From Sphacelaria rigidula (taxonomy: Eukaryota), in NCBI GenBank assembly GCA_964200075.2, contig CAXNAA020000033.1, forward strand, positions 1 to 33,409: a stretch of 33,409 nt of DNA. The letters run 5' to 3'. This document shows, piece after piece, positions 25,901 through 33,409 of this stretch. The position numbers and the translations under genes are program-made. The notes beneath the pieces are model-generated. The model was not told the origin of the DNA, searched no databases, and saw only the letters and a list, made by a program, of their open reading frames with translations. Position 1 is the stretch's first letter. Each line of letters begins with the position of its first letter.

Positions 25901-28900
25901 CTCACCAACCCGGCGTTGTGCCGTTAAGGGTGAGCACGAACGGCCAGCAGTACGTTGATACCGGGCTTGTTTACACTTATCAACCGCAGGCGACGGTTAC
26001 AGCCGTTTCGCCTACCAGTGGGTCGGTATACGGCGGAACGAGCATCGTTGTCAGCGGTACTGGCTTCGTCTCCAGCACAAAAGTAGCATGTCTGCTCGGA
26101 GAACAGCTGGGTGAGGCAGCGTACGTGGACTCCACTCATATACTCTGCCGGGTGCCGAGGGCGGATATACAAGATCGAGCATCATCCGTTGCTGTGAGGA
26201 TAGCCAACAATGGTGTGGATTTCACTGATACCTCCGAAATTGCTTTCGAATATGTGCTGCCGATCGAGTTAGTACATATTGCGCCCACTTTAGGTCCCAC
26301 CACTGGCGGAACAATAATTAATGTTCATGGAATGGGGTTCTCGGCTTCCCTAAATGTTCAGTGCGTGATAGATAGCGTTGCCGTGGTGACTACGGTGATA
26401 TCCTCAACGCTGTTAACATGTGCTACCCCTAACAAAGCGATCCCTGGCGTGGTTGAGGTGGAGCTAACACAAAACGGGCTGGATAGGAGCTCAACGTCTG
26501 TGACGTTCCTATACCACACGCCTGTCGATGTAGTTTCGGTGTATCCTTCATCGGCACCAGAAAGTGGGGAATCAGCGCTGCTGGTTTCTGGATCAGGATT
26601 CGTAGAGACTGCCGAGCTGGCGTGCGCCTTCACGCTGTCTACCGGTGGGGTTATCTCTTCAATTTATCGGAAAGCCACGTTCTATTCGGGCAGCCTCATT
26701 TCCTGTCAAAGCCCGGCGGGAAGTGTGGGCACAGCCTATCTTCAGGTGACCAATAACGGTGCGGATTTATCGAATTCATCGACGTCGCTCACAGTCACCA
26801 GCAAGTCGACGATCACAAGCCTATGGCCATCTTCAGGCTCCACTTATGGGGGAACCAGAATCCGGGTGCGGGGAACAGGTTTTCTCAGCTCGTCTACCGT
26901 TTTCTGTAAATTTGGAAACGATGTGGTTAGTGCCGAAGTTGTGGTTGATTACACAACCGTCATATGCATGACACCCCCCAGCGAAAGCGAGGGATCAGTG
27001 CTTGTCCAGGTCACCAACAATAATGTGGACTGGACTTCCAGCGGCGTGGAGTTTACGTTCAGGCCTCCCATCTCGATTTCGAGCGTGTCGCCCAAGAGTG
27101 GTCCTATAGGCGGGGGTACGCTGGTTCGTGTTGTGGTGATGGGGATTCATGCCGATATTGACCGAGGAACCATTTCCTGCCGATTTGGACAAAGCTTTGT
27201 ATCCGCCGCGTTTATAGACGCTGATGGGACCGTCCTTTGCGTATCCCCTTCCGCATCATCCTCGGGCGCTTCGTCATTAGAGCTCAGCCGAAATGGTGTA
27301 GAGTTCACATCGGATGGATGGACATTCTATTATGTACCCGACATGATGGTAGAAAGCGCGTGGCCGCTAATGGGCCCGGAATCTGGCGGGACAATGATCA
27401 CCCTTGACGGGCATGGGTTTTCCGACATTGGGGACGTTGTCTGCGAATTTGGTTCGCCTGGTAGTCGAGTACCAGCAATCGGGATCAGCGTGACCGTGAT
27501 TCACTGCCGTTCTCCCGCTCACATGCCCGGAACAATATCGTTAAGAGTTGGCGTGAACGGACAGCAGTTTGTGGAGACGGGAGTAATTTTCGATTATCTC
27601 ATGGAATCCACAGTGAGACGCCTTCAGCCTTCCTTAGGTCCAGTGCACGGCGGGACAGAAGTCGAGGTGGTGGGCGCAGCTTTCGTGAACTCTACCACGC
27701 TGTCTTGCCGCCTAGCCGATCGAGTTGTACCTGCGACGTTTGTAAACAAAGAGCTCGTGCTTTGCGTCACACCTCCATCGCCATCTATTTTACGCCTGTC
27801 GCTGGAAGTATCGAACAACGGTATCGACTTTACCACCAGCGGAATATTGTTTTCATTTGTGGCCGCTTTCGACATCATACAAGTTTGGCCGACGAGCGGC
27901 CCCACAACCGGGGGTACCTTAGTCACTGTTCAAGGATCCGGCTTTTCGGGGGGAGACAAGGTTGTCTGTATTTTCGGCGGCAGTCAGGCGGCGGCAACTG
28001 TGCACAGTGATGATGAGCTGTCCTGCCTTGCTCCACGCGCTATGTTGGAAGGCTCAACCTATCTACGGCTTACAAACAACGGAGTTGATATGGTATCAGC
28101 GCCCACACATTTTACATACGTGACGCCCATCCGACTGACGAATATCAACCCGACCACCGTGGGAGAGGAGGGTGGGGAAACAGTGGTTATCACCGGGGAG
28201 CACTTTATCGCTTCGCCTTCGTTAGCTTGTAGATTCGGCTCGCAGGACACCGTACCAGCATTTTGGCTGTCACTCACTGAAGTGTCCTGCTCGGTACCGC
28301 CCTCGCGAGCGGGTCCACACGAGGCGACACTAGCGGTCACCAACAACGGACAGGACTTTGCTAGTACAGCTCTTACGTACACGTACCTACCGACGATCAC
28401 AGTGCTCAAGATTGATCCTGTCGAGGGTCCCATGGATGGAGGCACCGAAATATCGATAGTAGGAAGTGGTCTAGGTCAGACCGGGCTATGGGCGTGCATA
28501 TTTGGCGAAAGTGTCGCTGTACCAGCGGTACAGCTTCCGAACGATGCTCTGCGATGCCAATCACCTGCGCATGAACCTGGTGAAGTATCTGTGCGTGTGT
28601 TTAGATCTTCGTCTGCACTGGCATCTGTGACAAGCGACGCAATTGCTGCCGCCACTGCCAACACGCTCAAGGACTTCGGAATGAGATTTCTGTATCAAGC
28701 AACCGTGTACATATCGACGGTGGAGCCACGCAGCGGGTCCAACCTGGGAGGAACGCCGGTTACCCTTCGTGGGTTTGGTTTCAACAACGCTAGCGCGTTG
28801 ACTTGCGGGTTTGAAGAGCGGAACGGAAAGATCGTTAAGACGCCAGCATTGCGGGCATCTGTAGGGATGGTTGTTTGCTCATCTCCGCCTCGTCGCTCGG

Positions 28901-31900
28901 ACAAGGATACCGCCTCTGTGTTGGCGGGAGGGTTAGTTCATAACCCTTCGATAGTTTCTGTCTTGGTAAGTTTGAATGGCCTGGATTTTACTAGACGTGG
29001 TCCACAATATGTTTACTACGAGCCGGTCGAAGTGGTGACGGTTTTCCCTTCGCTGGGATCCATCAACGGAGGCACGTTTGTCACCATTACGGGCCGAAAC
29101 TTCCTACCATCTGAGGGCCTCAGCTGTCGCTTCGGGATGTCCGCGCCCTCGCCAGCGGATTTCATTGCCTCGAATGCACTCCGCTGTGTAACTCCGCCAG
29201 CTCCCGCTGGCCCTGCCACAGTCGAGGTGAGTTGTTAAACGATGGGGCGGTGGTTTGTCCACATTTCGGGGCCGAGTCGTTCAGCGCGAGGGACAGTATT
29301 TGCTCTACAGTCTGGAGTTCAGAGCTCCGTTGTATTGTTCAGTCACGGAAACACGACCATTTTTACTCTCTTTCCACGTTGTTATCACCCCTCATCAGCA
29401 AGTTTCTGCTGACAAAGATGGGTGCTTCCAGCTTATCGTTTGGGGGCGTGGGTACCAAACCCGGCGAAAGATCCATTATGGACCCCAGCGGACACATGTC
29501 GATCCTACAACGAAGATGGGCGAGCCTAACTGGGTGAATTGAAGGGTGTTACAGAGGGGGTTGAGTTGCTAGGCTGCTAAACGAAAGTGGGAGACCACCA
29601 GGCTATATCAAACTGCCTGAAAAGGACATGGTTTCCTCCAGATATGACATAAGCCTGTTTTGAGCTACCTTTGGAAATATGGAAGGACAGTTTGACCTTG
29701 GGTGATCACGCTATGGAACAAATTGGCCTGTTCACTTGAAAGCGGGCAGTAGCTCGCCTGGCAGCTCAGCAATTTAGCTCATGACTACGCCCTTGGCCCC
29801 TGTACTCCATCAACCTAGGTGACGGTCTCCAACAATTTAATGGAGTTTTCTGCCTCATCGGCAAAGTTTGTGTATCATCCTGCATTACGTGCGGAACGAT
29901 TCAGCCCCGCTGCGGGCCCTCTCTCCGGTGGAACACCCGTTGTCATCGATGGCAGTGGTTTTCCTGCGACCTCACGGCTTGCGTGTCGCTTCGGCAGGGT
30001 CGAGGTCAAGGCAACCTTGGGGTCTCCTCCGACGAGAATGATTTGTGTTGCTCCAAAGTTGGCCTGGGAAAGGCGAGTACCGGTGCAGGTAACGGCCAAT
30101 GGTATAGACTGGGAGAACGTGGGAGTGAAAGGAACTGCGGAAGTGGACACATCATTCTTTACATACTACAAACCGCCCAAACTGAGGCAATTACACCCCA
30201 GCATCGGCTCTCTCTTCGGCGGTACGCGTGTTTCGATCTTCATCGATGCGCATCCGGCGATACTAGGGGGAGACGGTCTACTACTTTGCCGTTTCGGGAA
30301 CGTGTCAGTGCCGTCAATACAGACGTCGGAAACGATTATGGCGGCGCACCCGAAAGAAAAATCCGACAAGGAGGAAGATGCGATTGTGCTGTGCGATGCT
30401 CCTGACTTGGGTGCGGGAAATCTTACCGGAGTTGAGGTATCTGTGAGCGTCGATGGAGGACTTCACTTTTCGTCGCCAGCCCTCGTGTATACGTACCTGC
30501 AGGTGAGCGCAACCCCATGACTTCGCGTAGCGTTTTCTTGCACCAATATTCCAGTTGTGTCGAAACCTATCGTCGTCATCGTTTTTATTCGGAACACGTA
30601 ATGAGAATCAATTTCGAGGGAGTCTGTCTATTTTCTCAAGTCTTGCACTCATTTGCGGGTTTTCTTCCTGAACGTGGAGGCAAAATCCATCCTTTATCAC
30701 AAATACTTTTGTTTTTACCTTGTTTTCGACTGCACCAAGTGTTGCCGTGTTATCTCAGCTCACGAAGGCCTGACAAGATTAGGAATAGATGACATGGAGA
30801 AGCGACGTTACCGTGTTGCACGGACCTAGGAGAAGCGAGAGTAGAAGAAGTAAGATCCGCACATTTTGCGGTGCAGGGTACGGACCGACTATCGCGCATG
30901 CACGACGCTTGTTCCCGTCTTCCGGCACTTATTATCATTGACCATCGCTGATACTTTTGCCGCGTTTTTTTCCGGCTCGGTGTGGCGTCGTCCAGAACAA
31001 TCGAATGTCGTGCAATTTCCGTGAAAATCGAGCGATCGAAATACTATCGAATGCCTTTTACTTTGAACCACAACAGGTGCCAACAGTCTACTCCACAGCT
31101 CCTTCGGCCTCTATGGAGAAGGGAGAGACTACAGTCGCCGTCACGGGACAAGGTTTCGTCAACCTTCCGACACTGGCGTGCCGATTCGGAATGGTCACTA
31201 GACCCGTGCAGTTTGTCTCTAGTGAGTTGATTCTCTGTCCGACCCCATCGACATCGGAACCAGGCACGGTGCATCTAGAAGTTACCGTCAATGGTGTCGA
31301 CTATTCTGCGCAAGAAATTCCCCACGCCTTTTTGTCCATGGTAACCCTAAGGCGCTTGACGCCTCACACGGGCCTTGTGGGAGGTGGATCTACCGTGCAA
31401 GTGGAGGGTTCGGGATTCGCTCAGTTTTTGCAGAAAGGGTTGCGAATTCACTGTCGATGGGAAATGCCCGGACCCGCCCCGCACGACATACTCGAAACAC
31501 GAGCAGCGATCAGCGCCGATTGGAGGGTGACGTGTGTTTCTCCGGCGGCCGGGGAGGCTGGGAGGTGAGTCATATACCATGAGTTACCGGCCAGCCAGGT
31601 TAACTGGCAATCCTGATCTTAGTGGACCTTAACATAGGACGACAATTAGTTGTCGCCGGGGCCGAGTCGGCCGGTCATGGTTGGTCATCCAATGAAATCA
31701 CGCCTACCATGAAGGCTTATGGCGAACTATGCATCACCAATGGCCTACCCCGGTCGAAGATAGAGGTGGAAGTCATGTCCCTGGAGTACTACCGAACGGC
31801 TTTTTTCTCTCCTAAATTGGCACCACCGGTCCTGGACTTTTGTCATGCTGCTGTGCTACGTTTTAGCACCGTGCTGCCGGAAGGGCTGGGTATTCCAAGA

Positions 31901-32785
31901 GTAATAGTAACGCCTGGGACAACGGAATGTTCTCTCCGGCTGGGTAGTTTTATTCATGTTTGTCACACATCTGCTCACTTTATTTCCTCGGGACGAATCG
32001 GTAGTTAAGGGATCAACATACTCTTCCCCCGATATCGTTTTTTATCTTGGTGTCAAGGATGAGATCAGCACTCTGCAGCGTGGCAACTCTCGTCAAATTT
32101 CCTCTGCTATCAACGTCCTGACGTATTCAATGACGGAAACCAGATTCTCATCATATATCGTATCTCTTGAGGTTCCAACCCGCAATGTTTCCCCCTAGCT
32201 GGTCTTGGTGTACCACGACCGAGGCGCGGTAATGTCCGGAAAAATAGGGCAAGCGTCTGCGTACGTTGGTTACAGGGCATCATCGTGACATGCCCGTGTT
32301 CCGCTCGCCGCTCCATTGTTAAACGATTCAGGTCACGCGTGTCCCTCGTCGCCGGAGACGTGAACGTAGCCGACGTTGGGATGGAACTGTTCTATGAATA
32401 CGAGCCGCCTGCAATGCCTGTCGTTCTTGTTCCCGCTCACGGCTCACCCGCGGGCGGCACGAGGATTGCAGTCTTCGGCGAGGGCTTCCTCGATAGACGG
32501 GAGCTAGGATGCCGATTCAGTTCTGTGTCTGGCGGTGGTATTAAACACGTTGGGCACGAGGTCGGAACGGGCAGTGGGGTGGTGACGGTGGATATCCCGG
32601 CCGTGTTCGTGACGACCGAGGAGGTGCACTGCTTGTCACCGGCATTTGACGCGTTGTACACCGACGAGGATGAGAAATTGGAAACACACCATGCGCTGGT
32701 GGACGTGTTCAACCACGGTTGGACTCACGACAATCACGGCGGCAACCGCCGTGGGCTCACCTTTTGGTACCGTGTGCAACTTAAG
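9700..32785 (+). CDS. Giant multi-exon gene, partial at both ends: 2x LamG/ConA-like + ~2 cadherin/Ig-like + >=31 IPT/TIG repeats; putative cell-surface/extracellular protein
   Basis: join(9700-9780,10708-10864,11475-11719,12762-12874,14090-14256,15084-15221,15792-15947,16532-16771,17431-17677,18619-18977,20223-20744,21340-23626,23894-29226,29819-30502,31077-31564,32332-32785). All introns are GT-AG with matching phases; 1 nt + 3,890 codons with no stop; domain motifs run across junctions. No start, signal peptide or stop identified. Confidence 0.88.
10708..10864 (+). CDS. Exon B: LamG-like 1 (NSLDAQNSGG...YYLSGHDFLDVPKLDISPQAFPLLTIGAWVK)
   Basis: Acceptor ttgctcgccag, donor AAG|GTGGGA; TIGAWVK motif; phase 2 to 0. 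Confidence 0.85.
11475..11719 (+). CDS. Exon C: LamG-like 1 (ILGYAKQG...LGQVAELS)
   Basis: Acceptor caaactcag, donor AAG|GTAAGC; phase 0 to 2. Confidence 0.82.
12337..12368. repeat. (AT)16 microsatellite, intronic
   Basis: Directly visible. Confidence 0.97.
12762..12874 (+). CDS. Exon D: LamG-like 1 core (R-WTFVAAVYSQEAGNATLFVNGQTVTSQ...)
   Basis: Acceptor ccttcttccaaaccaacag, donor G|GTGAGA (same-phase alternative after 12865). W-x-x-V-A-x-V-Y...L-F-V-N-G motif; phase 2 to 1 bridges its neighbours. Not in the ORF track. Confidence 0.85.
13869..13937 (+). repeat. (CAA)23 microsatellite, intronic; possible retroposon tail
   Basis: Perfect repeat between exons D and E. Confidence 0.97.
14090..14256 (+). 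CDS. Exon E: end of LamG-like 1 (ALRVGAG...GLVAYVDEAFVYGTALTVDELNYLFQ)
   Basis: Acceptor ggcatag, donor CAG|GTATGA; resembles the LamG C-terminal G-x-IDE-x-x-VY-x-x-AL-x-x-x-E motif; phase 1 to 0. Confidence 0.87.
14270..14842 (+). pseudogene. Possible decayed ORF of unknown origin inside intron E-F
   Basis: One frame runs ~190 codons with two internal stops (134 aa uninterrupted). The in-register antisense frame is also mostly open. No recognised domain. Confidence 0.3.
15084..15221 (+). CDS. Exon F: start of LamG-like 2 (VPLPPSAGSAGYALRLQG...ELVVGAWLHPSQ)
   Basis: Acceptor cactctccag, donor CAA|GTGCGT; 138 nt, phase 0-0; AL-x-L-x-G and VGAWLHP motifs. Not in the ORF track. Confidence 0.82.
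15792..15947 (+). CDS. Exon G: LamG-like 2 (VLQREVGLIDWKG...WSAPCPYLE)
   Basis: Acceptor gggcag (in-frame alternative ttcag, start 15801), donor GAG|GTGATG; phase 0-0. Confidence 0.72.
16532..16771 (+). CDS. Exon H: LamG-like 2 (PDTWSHVRVGWNTSYAQAYING...LLIGAW...YYNGVVDNIE)
   Basis: AAG acceptor, donor GAG|GTTAGT; W-x-H-V, YING, LLIG and YNGVVDNI motifs; phase 0-0. Confidence 0.85.
17226..17388. other. Poly-C tracts flanking a 10-N assembly gap (17304-17313), intronic
   Basis: Directly visible. Confidence 0.95.
17431..17677 (+). CDS. Exon I: end of LamG-like 2 (VWSS...EPGLVSLWTFTEGRGTVTVDSAS...)
   Basis: Acceptor gtaaccag; GLV-x-x-W-x-F-x-EG-x-G-x-x-x-x-DS motif. Donor ATG|GTGTGT (phase 1) fits exon J. 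The alternative donor after 17688 would need an extra micro-exon. Confidence 0.8.
18619..18977 (+). CDS. Exon J: cadherin/Ig-like domain (PEGGVLEV...LMYTPN...YDWLAYRV...EAVVALSVRP)
   Basis: Acceptor ttcactacag, donor AAG|GTGTGG; YTP...D-x-x-x-Y-x-V pattern of bacterial Ig/cadherin-like repeats; phase 1 to 0. Confidence 0.82.
20223..20744 (+). CDS. Exon K: second cadherin/Ig-like domain (IQDVDA) and start of IPT/TIG 1
   Basis: Acceptor aatcaag, donor GAG|GTGAGG; ends PVLKDVWPIAAPVGGGLIVE, which joins IRGTNFG in exon L; phase 0-0. Confidence 0.87.
21340..23626 (+). CDS. Exon L (2,287 nt): IPT/TIG repeats 1-7
   Basis: Acceptor tttttgtgtaaccag, donor CAG|GTGAGA; repeated P-x-x-G-x-x-x-GGT-x-V-x-I-x-G-x-x-F...C-x-FG...C-x-x-P...V-x-x-NG; phase 0 to 1. 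Confidence 0.95.
23894..29226 (+). CDS. Exon M (5,333 nt): IPT/TIG repeats 8-26
   Basis: Acceptor ttgtccccag, donor GAG|GTGAGT; 1784-aa open frame of tandem ~85-110 aa IPT/TIG units; phase 1 to 0. Confidence 0.96.
29819..30502 (+). CDS. Exon N: end of IPT/TIG 26, repeats 27-28
   Basis: Acceptor caacctag, donor CAG|GTGAGC; ATVE|VTVSNN junction completes a domain; phase 0-0. Confidence 0.93.
31077..31564 (+). CDS. Exon O: IPT/TIG 29-30
   Basis: Acceptor accacaacag, donor GAG|GTGAGT; phase 0 to 2. Confidence 0.92.
32332..32785 (+). CDS. Exon P: end of IPT/TIG 30, repeat 31; gene continues past the window
   Basis: Acceptor cgattcag, donor AAG|GTGAGA; PAHGSPAGGTRIAVFGEGF...CRF...VHCLSP; phase 2 to 0. 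Confidence 0.9.
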
Positions 32786-33409
32786 GTGAGATTGAAACCG
32801 TTGATTGTGTTCTTGAAATGGGGGTAGTAGGGGCCATCGGCGCGTTTCAGAAAAGAGTGCCGTACAGGCCAAGGGGTGGTAACTCGATGAAAATGATACA
32901 ACACTCCAAAGTTTCATTGAAGCCGGATTTTTTGGGGGAGGGGGAGTACATTCAAGTCGAGGCACCCCGCTGCTAGGGGTGGTCAGATCTTCGAAACTGG
33001 AGTTCGTTGACGTTTTCAAGGTGTGTCAATGAACTCGATCAAGGATATGTCCGGGAGATTGGTGCGACCTTATCTCGAATCAGGATGATCGAACCGAAGC
33101 GGTGAATAAAACTCAGCGAGCCGACCGAGGTTTGGAGTTGCCTGGAGATCAAGCCGCACCCTGTAGACAGAATGTAAGAGAACGACCGGTACACCGGACG
33201 AGTTACTTCTACATGTTTGATCACTCCTTCATCAGATGAAGTGATTACAGCGGCTTTCGTGATGTTTCATTGCCGTTTTCGGACGACGTTGAGGGTATTA
33301 TTACGTGGTCAAAACGGGGGGGGGGCGTACTCATTTGTTGCTTGGGGTGTACTCATGATCATGCATGCCATAGTCATCAGACCATTGACCTCGCATCCCT
33401 ACAAAGCCG

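Noticed and set aside
29400-29600. Faint resemblance to a LINE ORF2 C-terminus (also 16000-16200, minus strand)
   Set aside because: Too degenerate to support without a search.
23301-31291. Many antisense and alternative-frame ORFs over the large exons
   Set aside because: Shadow ORFs of a long coding strand with no independent motifs.

Overview
Eukaryotic, intron-rich DNA, most likely a brown alga (Phaeophyceae, Ectocarpus-like). This is inferred from the 0.3-1.3 kb introns, the splice-site style and the repeat families. The window is dominated by one large plus-strand gene that is incomplete at both ends. I reconstructed 16 GT-AG exons from 9700 to 32785, all phase-compatible (11,671 nt, 3,890 codons). 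Three of these exons are absent from the ORF track. The product is a putative extracellular protein: two LamG/concanavalin-A-like domains, about two cadherin/Ig-like domains, then at least 31 tandem IPT/TIG domains, part of which form a 6-domain super-repeat. The first ~9.6 kb is repeat-rich. It holds a tRNA-derived SINE, a ~1 kb long-inverted-repeat (foldback) element and a 2.4 kb non-autonomous hAT-like element. The hAT-like element has 24-bp TIRs, a perfect 8-bp target-site duplication, a nested extra right end and ~1 kb of cargo with a decayed ORF. Introns carry microsatellites, a probable retroposon 3' end, a decayed ORF and an assembly gap. All domain calls are by eye, without a database search.
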